Assembly: GCA_030704615.1 (NCBI GenBank)
Contig: CM060731.1
Coordinates: 82,460,001-82,524,000 of the forward strand
Direction: 5' to 3'
Length of the DNA stretch: 64,000 nucleotides
DNA from: Takakia lepidozioides
Lineage: Eukaryota; Plantae; Bryophyta
Below the pieces are notes generated by a model. The model saw nothing but the letters and a program-made list of their open reading frames with translations, did no database searches and had not been told where the DNA came from. The stretch's first letter is position 1; each line of letters begins with the position of its first letter. The position numbers were made by a program, and so were the translations under genes. This document shows positions 1 to 12,270 of this stretch, one piece after another.

Positions 1-246
1 GCATGATTCTTGGGCCCGAAGTTTGCAAGGTGGAGACCCAGTCCATCTTCAACCATTGTATCTGAAACTTGCACACTGTTTTTTTTCTTTTTCTTTTTGT
101 GAAGGAAGTCTGAGCGACGGCTACAGGGCCTTGGGGGAGGGTGTGGTGCTGCAATACATCAAATATCCCACCGGACTGCTGCCTGCCTCAACACCTTCAA
201 CATCCACATAGCCAAGCACTTCTTTGCAAAGTCTGCGGAGCTCGTA

Positions 247-356
247 TGGGTCTTAAACCGAACATCTCACTAAACGAGCTGACGACAGCCATGCAGCCTG
301 TATGAATTTTCGTACATCTCGTTAAGGACAAATCAACTTCTTCATATGTCAACGGT
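247..356 (-). pseudogene. Degenerate fragment of organellar (plant mitochondrial rrn18-like) SSU rRNA, i.e. a NUMT
   Basis: + strand AACATCTCAC..ACGAGCTGACGACAGCCATGCAGC is the reverse complement of a universal SSU rRNA segment; it is followed by CTGTATGAA..CGTTAAGGACA..TTCATATGTCAA, which I recall as plant mitochondrial rrn18-like; only about 110 bp, with indels. Confidence 0.7.
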
Positions 357-1303
357 TGCAATTCCTTCTATATTCCTCGATCGCTATCACCGTGAAGTGG
401 ACCCGCAGTTCTGATGATCAATACTGGGAAGAGAACTATGAAAAGTCTGGGATCTCTTCTCAATCAAAGTCTGCCTCGGCATCTTGACTGTGAGGATTTC
501 TGTCTTCTGGGTCATCTCTTTCTCCCGTACGTTGAGCACCCTTCTCCTGCACATGCCTGGGATATCAGAATCCTGTTGTTTTTGTCTGGTGGCAGTTTTC
601 CAAATTGCCTACTGGTCCTCTTGTTTTTTCCTCCCTTGCCAAGCTTAGAGGCTTTGGAGTATGTCTTCTTTGAACCACTCGATGCATCCGTCCTCTCAAG
701 ATTACTGCCGCTTCTGCACGCCAAAAACTATTGCAGCGCTTATTTTATTTTCTCCTTGAGATTGGCTGTGTTTTTAGGATGAAATTTGTGCGGCACAACA
801 ACCTAGCTATGCTCATCTCATCTCAAAGCCTCTGATTGCCTACTGCATTCTTGTTGCGGCTTCACATTTGACCTGTGAATATCAGTACCCAACCATCTGA
901 TGCTCTTTGTTCCTACAATTGTTTAGCAGTGAGGAATGTGGCAGATCTGGAGACATATGTTCTGGCATCCCCTGTTCATTTTCCTTGGTAGGCAGATTGT
1001 CCAAGGGTTCATTTTCTTGGGCTATAACAGGAAGAATCTGCCTCCTGGGTTCATATATTGCTGGAAAAAGGGGAGGGTGAACGCAATATTATTTATGTGT
1101 CTGTCCACATCTGTTGTTTGATAGAACAAGCGAGAACTTTCAAAGGGTTACCGCAGGGAAAGATAAAGATAGAGATCCTTTAACTTTCACCAAAACTGCG
1201 TAGGCTTACCACAAGCTGGATTAGGATCCTGGTTGTGCAGTTGTTTTTGCATCAGTTTGGAGTGCACCGGGTGGGTTTTACCAAAGATTATCGTGTGGTG
1301 GGG

Positions 1304-1518
1304 ATGGCAGCATGCTCCATCGTTCTCCTGAGTGCTCATGTGGGCTCCATATTCAAGGCCATGCCTTCTCGTTTTGGTCATGCAAGAGGCCGCATATCAT
1401 GCAGCAGATTAAGGGGCTGGGCTGTGGAGCTCAAAGCAGCACCCCCCTTGGCAATGTGCCAAGGACAGAGTCTCTTACAACTGGTGGCTATGGCGCCTTC
1501 TGATGCCAATGAAAGCAG
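1304..1518 (+). CDS. Putative first exon (organellar transit peptide) of the PPR-DYW gene
   Basis: MAACSIVLLSAHVGSIFKAMPSRFGHARGRISCSRLR.. is S/R/A-rich and acid-poor; AG|GT donor at 1519 is phase 2 and matches the CAG acceptor at 3014; donor GTCATA is weak. Confidence 0.45.
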
Positions 1519-3014
1519 GTCATAACGGAACACCTTTGCAGTTTCTTTGTTGGGGTCGCTGTAATGTATTCACTTTATAATCCAGTTCCGAATTGTCCTT
1601 TTGACCTATCCAGCAGAAACTAATCTAACTTGGTTGAAGAAGTAAGACAATGGCTATAATCGATACGTTTGCCCTCTTGAAACTTTTGGTATATCTGGTA
1701 CATATGTCAACAGAGCAGTGCTGGCAGGAGTTCTTTAAAGAGACTTCACAATGGTGCGACTACAGTGTTGACATGGTGTGCATCTTCATGTAGGATGTGA
1801 AAGACTCTGACATGGAGGGAGTTGGACTGACTGGTATGATAATGTTTTGTGGACAGAATTGTCCCCATAGTTGTTGAGTTGATTATAATTTCAGTCGTTC
1901 TGCAAAAGGTGCTCTTACTGTCAGTATCGTCTCTATCATAGCTTGTTCTTCCTAAGTGGCAGGATGCCCAAGCGTTTTTGCTTGGAGTTTGCAAGGTACT
2001 TAGGAAGTTTGATGGTTGTGGCTTGGCTAAAAGTGGCTGCTCAGCTGCCCCTGGTGATTTTCACAGACCAATACAAAATCTCCAGACAACAGACGGCAGT
2101 GCGCACAAGAAGTCCTTTGGATTGGGGGTCAGTTTAATCCTCCTTGGGTGAGCTATGACACAAGGTCGAGAACAGTCTCATGGTATGGAAATATAGCAGA
2201 GTGTGATTCTGGTTCCGGTGGGATGCTCGAGCTTTGCAGATGAAAATGAGTGCGACTAGCCTGATCAGAAGGGCAGCCTTGTCGTGCAAAAGCCCGTTTT
2301 GCATCCGTAAGTCTGGACACATTTGTATGTTCCTCGTTGTGTTACTTCAGATAGAGCCCAGAGTGACTGGCATGAATGTTGTTGAAATCTACACTATCAC
2401 ATGTCCATAAAGGAACCTGTCAAAGTTTTTGATGCTCTTGGAATTTCTGGCACAAAGGTCAACAACCATGGAGGGAAAAGCGTTGGCAAGGGTTCATAAA
2501 ATATCCTTCACGATGGCAGGACAACTGCAATAGCAAGGTTCGGCTTTCTTCACATATGACGTGAAGGAGTTTGTGTGTTCTGCTACCTGTTGGTATCATA
2601 GGTTGTTCTTCCTGAGCAGGCCATGAAACTGCGTTTCCCCTGGTGTTCCGCGGTAGTTGGTAGGGTTGGTTTGGTCTTAGGAGGCTGTGTTTTACACAAC
2701 TAATGCTGCCCAGCTGCACCATGGTGGTTTTCACAGACAAATCCTAAGTCACTGGACTACAGACATAAGCAGCATGTTCAAGAGGTCCTTTGGATCAAGG
2801 ATTGGTTGAGTCCTCCTTTGGTGAAACAAAACCTAGCAGTTTCCATGACACAAGGTCAAGCACAATGTGGTTCGGGCACCTTCTTAAACATGTTTGGGCT
2901 TGTTCTGTCCTCTTATCAAGTTTTATCTCTACTTTCTCATCGTGGATTGTATAAAGTTAGCTCGTCTGTATGATCTATGGTGATTCTGAGTGTATTTTTA
3001 CGTGTTTCTCCCAG

Positions 3015-3120
3015 TGGGGTTGCAGGCAAGTATCCGACAACGGGAATCAGAGACAAGGAGGAGCTTTGGAAGGAATATTTTTCAAACCGCAGTCAATGGT
3101 GGGACTATCAAGGCATAAAG
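3015..3120 (+). CDS. Exon of the PPR gene encoding the first half of an OSB/PTAC9-type PDF motif
   Basis: EELWKEYFSNRSQWWDYQGIK then GTGAAT donor at 3121; phase-0 join to the CAG acceptor at 3371 gives WWDYQGIK-IHLRGPHFQHKIANEPQWINSYKKPAWVDGQL. Confidence 0.75.
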
Positions 3121-3371
3121 GTGAATGCCTGTTATGTTACAGCAGAAGTAGAGGGCAGGCAACAAGATGCATCAAAAAACTTGTTTCCCCAACACGCTTT
3201 ATAAGTCTTTCAGTAATTCAGCATTAGAGCGTGGAAAGTAGGGTTGGGGTGTTGGCTAGGTAAGTTGTAGGTTGTCAATGTCAGCTGCTAGCAGCAAGGG
3301 GTTGGATATATGCATTACTATTGTGAAGGCAGGGATAGCTGAAGGGAGGCATGGATGGAGTGTGGGTCCAG

Positions 3372-6300
3372 ATCCATCTGAGAGGGCCTCATTTCCAGCA
3401 CAAGATTGCTAATGAGCCCCAGTGGATTAATAGCTACAAGAAACCTGCATGGGTAGACGGTCAACTGGAAGTAGCAGCAGCACATTTGATAAAACCACGC
3501 ACCTCCGCTATGGCCGCTGCCTTTGAAGGAAGAACAAAAGGAGTTGACAAGATGTCTTCTGGCGCTTGTGGGAGTGTGAGGGTACTACGGGAGACAGGAC
3601 AACTGACAAAGGCTCTGCACATTTTGAACCAAGGTGGCATCCCAGTAGATTCCGATACTTATGTCTGTCTCTTGCGTAAGTGCATCAATATGAAAGGCCT
3701 AGCAGCAGGAAAGCAGGTGCATGCCCACATTATCCAAAGTGGATTCAAGCCAAACGCGTTTCTACAAAATACCCTTGTTGACATGTATAACAAATGTGGG
3801 AGCATTGCGGATGCACACCAAGTGTTTGACAAAATGCCTGAACGAGGTTTGATCACTTGGAATATAATGATGGCAGGGTATACCAAGCATGGGTGTGGTA
3901 GGATTGCCTTGGAGACCTATGAGCAAATGAAACTGGAAGGGGTGATGCCCAACCAGGTAACATTCATTTGCGTTCTCCAGGCTTGTGCAAGTCTGGCAGC
4001 CCTGGAAAAGGGCAAAGAGGTCCATGCTGACATCATGAAAGCTGGAATTGTACCAAATATGATTCTGAACACTACCCTTGTGGACATGTATGCCAAATGC
4101 GGGAGCATTGAGAATGCAAAGGGAGTGTTTGACAATATGGCTGAACGAGATGTGGTATCCTGGAATGCGATGATCGCAGGATATGCCCACAAGAGGTGTG
4201 GGATGGAAGCTTTGGCAACCTATGAGCAAATGATGGGGGAAGGGGTGAAGCCCAATCGGGTGACATTCGTTTGCATTTGCAATGCGTGTGCCAGCCTTGG
4301 AGCCCTGGAGAAAGGCAAAATGGTCCATTCTGATGTCATGAAAGCTGGAATAGTACCAAATATGATTCTGAATACTGCCCTTGTGGACATGTATGCCAAA
4401 TGCGGGAGCATGGAGGATGCAAAGTGGGTGTTCAACAATATGGCTGAACGAAATGTCGTGTCATGGAATGTGATGATTGCAGGATATGCCCAGAAGAGAT
4501 GTGGAAAGAGGGCATTGGAGACCTATGAGCAAATGATATGGGAAGGGGTGAAGCCCAACCAGGTCACGTTCGTTTGTGTTTGCAATGCATGTGCAAGTCT
4601 GGCAGCCCTGGACAAGGGCAAAGAGGTCCATGCTGATATCATGAAAGCTGAAATTGTACCAAATACGATTCTCAATACTGCCCTTGTGGACATGTATGCC
4701 AAATGTGGGAGCATCGAGGATGCAAAGGGAGTGTTTAAAAATATGACTGAAAGAAATGTGGTGTCATGGAACGCAATGATCGCAGGATATGCCCAGCATG
4801 GGCATGGAATGGAGGCTTTGGAGATCTATCAGCAAATGAGGCGGGAAGGGGTCAAGCCGGACCAGGTCACCTTCATTTGCATTTGCAATGCATGCGCGAG
4901 CCTGGCAACCCTGGAAAAGGGAAAAGAGGTCCATGCTGACATCAGAAAAACTGGAATTGTACCAAATATGATTCTGAATACTACCCTTGTGCACATGTAT
5001 GCCAAATGTGGGAGCATTGAGGATGCAAAGGGGGTGTTTGACAATATGCCTGAACGAGATGTGGTGTCCTGGAATGCGATGATCGCAGGATATGCCCAGA
5101 AGGGGTTTGCATTGGTGGCTTTGGAGACCTATGAGCAAATGATGTGGGAAGGGGTGAAGCCGGACCAGGTCACATTCATTTGTGTTTGCAATGCATGTGC
5201 GAGCCTGACAGCCCTCGAAAAGGCCAAAGTGGTCCATGCTGACATCATGAAATCTGGAATTGCACCAGATATCATTCTGAATACCACCCTCGTGGACATG
5301 TATGCCAAATGCAGAAGCATCAAGGATGCAAAGGGAGTTTTGGATAATATGGCTGAACGAAATGTGGTGTCCTGGAATGCAATGATTGCAGGATATGCCC
5401 AGCATGGGTGCGGAATGGGGGCTTTGGAGACTTACGAGCAAATGATGTTGGAAGGGATGATGCCAGATGAGGTCACGTTTGTTAGTGTTTGCAATGCGTG
5501 TGCAAGCCTGGTAGCTCTGGAAAAGGGCAAACAGGTTCATGCTGACATAATGAAAGCTGGATTTGTACAAAACATGATTCTGAATACTACCCTCGTGGAC
5601 ATGTATGCCAAATGCGGGAGCATGGAGGATGCAAAGAGAGTGTTTGACAATATGGCTGAACGAAATGTGGTGTCATGGAGTGCAATGATCGCAGGATATG
5701 CCCAGCATGGTTGTGGGATGGAGGCTTTGGAGACCTACCAGCAAATGATGCGGGAGGGGGTGAAGCCGGACCAGGTCACGTTCATTTGTGTTTGCAATGC
5801 ATGTGCAAGCCTGGCAGCCCTTGAAAAGGGTAGAGAGGTTCATACTGACATCATGACAGCAGGAATTGTACCAGATATCATTCTGAATACCACCCTTGTG
5901 GACATGTATGCCAAATGTGGGAGCATCAAGAATGCTAAGGGAGTGTTCAACAATATGGCTGAACGAAATGTGGTGTCATGGAATGCGATGATTGCAGGAT
6001 ATGCCCAGCATGGTTGTCGCAGGGAGACCCTGCAACTACTTGAAGGAATGGAAAAGGAAGGCTTGAAGCCAAACAGTATCACCTTTATATGTGTTCTCCA
6101 AGCATGTAGCCATGGGGGCCTAGTGGATGAAGGCAGACACTACTTCGATTCCCTGAGTCGAGATCATGGTCTCACTCCTACAGTGGAGCATTGTGCCTGT
6201 ATGGTGGACCTTCTTGGCCGTGCAGGGCAATTGGATGAGGCTTGGGACTTCATTTACAGAATGCCAGTCCAACCAGATGGAATGGTGTGGAAAGCCTTGC

Positions 6301-6893
6301 TTGGTGCCTGCAAAATTCATGGCAATGTGGAGTTGGCAGAATGTGCAGCAAAATCTATTCTCAAGTGGGATCGACAAGACGCTGCAACTTATGTGTTGCT
6401 ATCTAATATCTATGCTGCAGCTGGCAGGTGGGAAGATACTGCTAAGGTAAGAAAAATGATGAAAGTCAGACGTGTCACAAAGCAGCCAGGTCGCTGCTGC
6501 ATTGAGGTTGGCAGCGGCGTGCACACATTTGTGGTAGATGACAAATTGCATCCACAAATTGCTGAAATCCGTACTGAGCTGAGAAGATTGTCTGGGCAGA
6601 TGAAGGAGGCAGGGTATGTGCCTGACACACGTGTTGTATTGCATGATATGGAGGATGAGCAAAAGGAATTTTCTCTTTGCCACCACAGTGAGAAGCTGGC
6701 CATTGCTTTTGGGCTGATCAGCACAGCCCCAGGCACCCCTCTTTGTCTCATCAAGAACCTTCGGGTGTGTGGTGACTGCCACATGGCTACAAAGTACATC
6801 TCAAAGATTGTTGGGCGGGCAATTGTTGTACGGGATGCCAACCGATTCCACCACTTTGAAGATGGGCTTTGTTCTTGTGGGGAGTACTGGTAA
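3372..6893 (+). CDS. PLS-class pentatricopeptide repeat protein with E1/E2-DYW cytidine deaminase domain (C-to-U RNA editing factor), main exon
   Basis: Eight ~101-aa L-S-P triplets, then L2-S2-E1-E2, a PG box (PGRCCIEV), HSEKLA and CGDCH zinc ligands, and C-terminal EYW; reading frame intact. Confidence 0.97.
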   Translation: MHLRGPHFQHKIANEPQWINSYKKPAWVDGQLEVAAAHLIKPRTSAMAAAFEGRTKGVDKMSSGACGSVRVLRETGQLTKALHILNQGGIPVDSDTYVCLLRKCINMKGLAAGKQVHAHIIQSGFKPNAFLQNTLVDMYNKCGSIADAHQVFDKMPERGLITWNIMMAGYTKHGCGRIALETYEQMKLEGVMPNQVTFICVLQACASLAALEKGKEVHADIMKAGIVPNMILNTTLVDMYAKCGSIENAKGVFDNMAERDVVSWNAMIAGYAHKRCGMEALATYEQMMGEGVKPNRVTFVCICNACASLGALEKGKMVHSDVMKAGIVPNMILNTALVDMYAKCGSMEDAKWVFNNMAERNVVSWNVMIAGYAQKRCGKRALETYEQMIWEGVKPNQVTFVCVCNACASLAALDKGKEVHADIMKAEIVPNTILNTALVDMYAKCGSIEDAKGVFKNMTERNVVSWNAMIAGYAQHGHGMEALEIYQQMRREGVKPDQVTFICICNACASLATLEKGKEVHADIRKTGIVPNMILNTTLVHMYAKCGSIEDAKGVFDNMPERDVVSWNAMIAGYAQKGFALVALETYEQMMWEGVKPDQVTFICVCNACASLTALEKAKVVHADIMKSGIAPDIILNTTLVDMYAKCRSIKDAKGVLDNMAERNVVSWNAMIAGYAQHGCGMGALETYEQMMLEGMMPDEVTFVSVCNACASLVALEKGKQVHADIMKAGFVQNMILNTTLVDMYAKCGSMEDAKRVFDNMAERNVVSWSAMIAGYAQHGCGMEALETYQQMMREGVKPDQVTFICVCNACASLAALEKGREVHTDIMTAGIVPDIILNTTLVDMYAKCGSIKNAKGVFNNMAERNVVSWNAMIAGYAQHGCRRETLQLLEGMEKEGLKPNSITFICVLQACSHGGLVDEGRHYFDSLSRDHGLTPTVEHCACMVDLLGRAGQLDEAWDFIYRMPVQPDGMVWKALLGACKIHGNVELAECAAKSILKWDRQDAATYVLLSNIYAAAGRWEDTAKVRKMMKVRRVTKQPGRCCIEVGSGVHTFVVDDKLHPQIAEIRTELRRLSGQMKEAGYVPDTRVVLHDMEDEQKEFSLCHHSEKLAIAFGLISTAPGTPLCLIKNLRVCGDCHMATKYISKIVGRAIVVRDANRFHHFEDGLCSCGEYW

Positions 6894-7009
6894 AACGATG
6901 TTTTCTTTGAAGATGTGGGTGGCTTGCTTCATTCATTACTCAACCTCCACGAGCTGATTATGGGATATACTGACCATGATACTAACCTCAAAATTGTGAT
7001 GTGTGCCTC

Positions 7010-9165
7010 GCTTTTAGCTAATAGTTTGGAGAGTGTTGTCTGCTTTTGAAATTTTCCAGGATAGTGATGGGACTAGTTGGATACTGAGATAAGTATAGGG
7101 CTCGTCCGGTCTTAAGAAAGGGAATGAGTTGTTCTGATATTTTATAGTTATAGCACAGTGTGTAGAAATGTTGTTTGTTATGAGTTTATTGTAATGTGGC
7201 CGACAACACATTTGTGGAGGCTAATTCCATTCTGGACCATTAATTGAATCTCTGTAGTTTATAGACTTGGCGGTTTAGATGCATTGGTTTGTGGGATAAC
7301 ATGACAAGGTCAGCTGCATATGCGGCGGCAGCGATTTCACTAGGAGAAGTTTTGTATTGATATCCAAGTTTGCCTCATGCTAACCATCTTAGTAGTGGTT
7401 CTAAGAAAATGGTGAGTGGGGTTTAGGGTGCCCCCTTGGATGGTGTTGCGCAAGATGAGAATGAATGTGGTCTCCATACCATGAACCTAGTAAGATGTGG
7501 TACTGTTGGTGTAAATGTTGTCGACAAGAGCAACAGTGTCTATAAGTTAGCTAGATCTAGCATGGCAGTGCGGAGTTAGGCATGATCAATGGATTCAAAA
7601 GCATTTTTAAAGTCAATGTAGAGGAGGTAAATGTCTTGTTTTGTGATGCGAACATCTTGAAGAGCAGACATGACATATTGTATTTATCGGGTTGTACTTC
7701 GGGTAGCTCGGAATCCTTCTTGTGAATCAGGTAGGGTGCGGTGTTGCTTACTGTAGATAGAGAGCAAAGTGGTAAGAGTGCTCGCGAAGAATTTGTATAT
7801 GGTATTAGCGAGAGCAATGGATTGATAGTTTCCTAGTTTTGTGGGGTACCCCTTATTTGAATAGGAGGATAACGTGGCTGTGTTTCCATTCATTCACTAG
7901 AGTTGGTAGCATAGTTTAAAATTGAAAAAGGAAGATGTGTAATTGGGGATCTAAGGCTTGAAGAAAGGCCTTCAGAATAAGATATGGGTCACGGGCTTTG
8001 GATTTGGATAAGGCTTCTAGACATGTATCATAAATAGTTGTAAATACGGTCTGAGATAGAGCATTGTTTCTCTATGGAGAAGCCATCAATGTTGTGCCAG
8101 GTAATGTTTGACCTAACATCATGTGTTCTGGTAGGTGTGGGGGGGTTGAGGTAGTTGGATGTGGTGGGGGTGTATAACGCACTAACTTGAGTCCAGACGA
8201 GTGTTGGGAGGTTATTATCCTTTGTAAGACCCGCTGGTTCCGGGTATTGGCGGTGTGAGGTTGTGGACATACCCGCCGGAGACCAATACTAGATTTATTT
8301 ACGATTTTACATACCAAGGGGTTATCAATCAAGCCCATTATCAAAATTATTAGACATGATAACCTATTGTTATCAACCCGGGGCCGGGGTTCAAAAAAAA
8401 TTCTTCAACCATTTTTTAAGAGCGCCTTGTCCATGTAAAATTTATCCAAACTTATCAAAGTGATGTGGAATACTAACTAATTAAATCAGAATGTTATCTA
8501 CTAACTAATACTAATACTAATGTACTTATTTAGGTGGCTAGAATTAGAAAGTTAGTTAGTATTCCTAAGTACTTTAAGTAGCTTGTATTTTTCAAGGTAT
8601 GGTGTGGCAATGTTTGACAGTGTTTAAGTATTAGTATCACTTACCGGTTTAATATGTTTTTAAGAGGGTGCTAAATCCCTGAAGCGATGGGGAAAGGTCA
8701 CTCAAATGTGACATTTAATGTGAAAATCCAGCCATTTGATGTTGAAATCTAGTTTTTTTTAGCCCTCATAAATATCAATATCAATATCAATATCATCAAA
8801 GCCTTATCTGAGGGTCCGGGTCTTAGCATCAATATCAGCTCAGCACTTAACCGGCGGGTAGGTTACAAACCGGGTATTATCCAACAATGTACCCGGCAGG
8901 TCCGGGTCCACATACCCGCGTTGATACGCGTGTTGATACCCTTTACCTACCCAATACCCTCCCAACACTGGTCGAGACTCCATATTTGTGCATTGATTTT
9001 CTCAGGATTGGTGAGCATGTGTCATTGTTGGTGTTTGAGGCAGTCTAATGGTGGGCTGTGGGGGAAGACTGAAGATCGCTTTGTGCCTTTTTTTAGGTTG
9101 GTCATGTAAAAGTTGGCAAAAAGATGTGATGAATTTTGTGTGGCTGTCTGTGGCTTTTTATCTGG
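7010..9165 (-). mobile_element. Decayed non-LTR retrotransposon reverse transcriptase region (Dualen/RandI-like)
   Basis: Fragments NYQSIALANTIYKFFAS..SQEGFRATRST, DFKNAF-like and YTYLSIQLVPSLSWK; many stops and frameshifts; interrupted by a MITE. Confidence 0.75.
8199..8970. mobile_element. Non-autonomous hAT-type MITE (772 bp)
   Basis: TIR GAGTGTTGGGAGGTTATT / AATACCCTCCCAACACTG; 8-bp TSD GTCCAGAC (8191-8198) / GTCGAGAC (8971-8978); AT-rich non-coding interior. Confidence 0.8.
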
Positions 9166-9186
9166 TTATAAGGTAGGCAGCTTTGT

Positions 9187-10690
9187 TTGCATCTCTCCCG
9201 AATACAAGAAGCCCTCCAATGGGCTCGCACTGCTGCCCTCTCCTCCCCCTCTGCCTGTACTATTCTCTTACTCACACAGCAAAGGCCTCCCGACAACCCC
9301 CACCCCGTCCTACAACTTCCCCCTGGCGTCACCCTTCTAGCCACCTTTGAACCAAACCAGCTACTATATGAACAGAACCTCCTCTCCCCTAAATATCTCC
9401 GACGCTTAGAACCCACCATTATGTCACTGCTACTTGTCCAACACACCCATCCCACCTCCACACCCATTACCCTCTCATCTACCTTACACCACTTTCTCAT
9501 AAGCAAATGGGGGATGAAAGTCTCTATTGCCCCCTACACACATCCTCTTCCCTCTACTCCATCTAGCTCCTTACCCACTCTGTTTTCGAGAGTCAACCCA
9601 AGCAAGGCTTGGATAAGGGTGCTACCACGCCCTCCTCCTGCCCCCCTCCCGCTCCCCACTGACTCACCGGTCTCACATCTACGTCTGTCGCTCAAATTCT
9701 CTCCCTCACACTGCCACTATACAGATGGCTCCCAATCCGGCTCTAACGCTGGCTATGGTGTTTTTCACGGTGCTAATAACCGTGGGGTAGCTCTTAGACT
9801 CCCAGGCCCAGCCACTATATTACGCGCTGAGCTTATGGCAATCTTTGAAGCACTCTCCCAGCTGCCCTTCTTCTCCCCTCCACACTACATTTTCACAGAC
9901 AGCCTTACCTCACTATTTCTTCTTCGCAACCACCTCTCCTGCCACCTTCACCACCCAGACCGGAACCTCATTGCAGCTATCATTAACCGCGTGGCTTCCA
10001 TTAATCACCCCATACACTTTTTCAAAGTTCGCTCCCACACTGGTATCACCGGTAACGAAAATGCAGACCTCCTCGTCCAGGCAGGGGCCGCCCAACCCCC
10101 AGTGGATCCCATAGCCGACCCTATCCATATTGCTCACACTCATCCATTCTGGCTAATTCACCCAGTACAATGACCCCCCACTACCAAGCCCTTTCGTAAC
10201 CTAAAATCCACTCTCACACGCGAAGCACACAAACAAGCCTCAGCCTCTACCAGCCATACCAAAGCCCATATCCAAAAATAGACACAATCTACAGTTCTTC
10301 ACTACAAATTGTCAAACTACTTCTGGCACGCCAAGACTGTCACCGACGTGCAAATCCGACAAACACTCAAATTTCGTTACGCCCAATACATGGGACACCA
10401 ACACAAGCACATCTTTTGGCCATACCTATTCTCATCCCCCAACTGCCCGTTATGCTCACATATACATACAGTACGTGACACCTGGCCCCACCTCCTCAGT
10501 GAGTGCATTCACCCCGTTATACATGGTCTCCGCGTCACTCGTCATAATCACGCAGTTTGGCACATCCATAAACTTCTCATGTCCAGATCAAAAACCAGAT
10601 GGTTCTCACTCATCAATGCTGGTACTTACCAAGGCCGACCCCCTGACCACACTGTCTCTCACTGGATACTTCCGTGTACTTGTCATCACT
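9187..10690 (+). mobile_element. Non-LTR retrotransposon 3' part: RNase H, CCHC knuckle and start of a restriction-like endonuclease region (Dualen/RandI-like)
   Basis: YTDGS..RAELMAI..IFTDSL..KVRSHTGITGNENAD (RNase H); CPLC..DTWPHLLSEC..RHNHAV..WILPCTCH; the RLE motif resumes at 12272 (RLCPDILLVQGLP). Confidence 0.8.
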
Positions 10691-12270
10691 AACCTTATAT
10701 CTGAAATCAGCCAGAGCATTAATGAATCCGACACAAAAAGTTTCATAAACGAATGGTCGGGAACTAACTATTTGATTATAGACGAAGTATCTATGGTCGG
10801 ATGCAACATGATCGCTGATATTCATCTGAAATTACAAAAATTCAAATCAAACATGTTACCATTTGGAGGACTCAACATAATGTTCATGGGCGATTTCATG
10901 CAGTTCCCACCAGTCACCGACACGCCTCTCTACTCAACGAACATACAGCCCATATTCACATTCACAAAATACACACAAAAAAAGATTATAGGCAAAAGCC
11001 TATGGGAAAATTATATACGCCCTAACACAATCATATTGACCCAGCAAATGAGACAAGTCCACGATGTACAATATGCAAAATTGCTACAGAATCTACGCGA
11101 AGACAACTTTACCCAAACGGATTTCAAATTATTACAGACAAGATTCATGTCGAATCTGAAAGTCAACCTGCTCAACGAACCCTGGGATAAAGCAACGTAC
11201 ATCGTACCTCGTAACCAGTTAAAGAACGCCATCAATCACCAAATGATAGAATATTACACACGTAAATCTAACCACGCATCCTACACCATAGTGGCGACAG
11301 ACACCTACAAAAAGCACGCACTCCACGACGAGATCCAATTCACAATCCGACAGACCGTACCTGGGAATAGAAGCCACAATCTTCTTCCATTTTTGAGATT
11401 ATACAAAGGAATGACAATCATGCTCACCGACAATTTGTATCATAGATTGGGGCTTGTAAACGGTGCAGTTGGACAAATAGTGGGGATCTCAACAACAGAT
11501 GACGATTGGATCGTACGGGAAGATAACTTAATGCACCCGCCACATCACGTATTAATCGACTTCAGCGAATTCATCAGTCAACATCAAACATTGAGCAACG
11601 TAAATTTAGAAAATCTTCCAGAAAACGTAGTGCCGATTACACCCGTTTCAAGAACGTTTGATTATCACCACACGGAGGATGAACAGAAAAAACCAAAGAA
11701 ATTCAAAATCAACAGACACCAATTGCCTTTGATACCCGCCTATTGCCTAACCGACTACAAATGTCAAGGCAAAACTTTCGACAGAATAGTCATCGACTTA
11801 CAAAAACCACCAGATGGACACCCGTTGAACATGCACAACATCTACGTCACACTGTCTCGTTTGCGTTCCCTACAAGGGCTAATAATACTTCGAGACATCA
11901 AGTTTGAAGACATCCAAGCAGCCAAATTCAAGACAGACTCACTGCAGTTTATAACTCCACAAACCGATTGTAATGTCCAAGAACAAAAATCATACAAGAC
12001 CACGGAACACATCAACACAGTGAATACCAACCCTGCCATCAAAACGCCACATCCACATCCACATCCAATCCAACCGAGACATGTGTCCAAAAAAATACAA
12101 GTGACAAACGATTCTGAAGCCAAACATCCCACACCAATAGAACCAAATGAAAACCAAACTTGCTCAGAATTATCTCCCACACCGGTCGAAATCATAGAAA
12201 TCGACTCCGAAGACAAACAATTCAACATAAAGCACGCACATATACATCAAGAAACATATTGGCACGAAGA
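10691..12270 (+). mobile_element. Helitron-type PIF1-family helicase internal fragment (lacks Walker A and Rep)
   Basis: YLIIDEVSMVG, PFGGLNIMFMGDFMQFPPV, LTQQMRQ, GLVNGAVG, RHQLPLIPAYCLTDYKCQGKT, YVTLSRLRSLQGL; A-rich composition distinct from the flanks. Confidence 0.88.

Noticed and set aside
414-782. Overlapping short ORFs on both strands
   Set aside because: No recognisable domain or supportable splice structure
2030-2860. Degenerate ~140-bp direct repeat (about 2030-2170 and 2700-2860)
   Set aside because: Old intronic duplication with no coding or structural signal
3659-6841. Numerous repeated antisense ORFs
   Set aside because: Shadows of the repetitive PPR coding strand
6480-6893. 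Possible U-to-C (DYW:KP-type) editing domain because the protein ends in EYW
   Set aside because: PG box, HSE and CxxC are canonical for C-to-U; D to E is a conservative change
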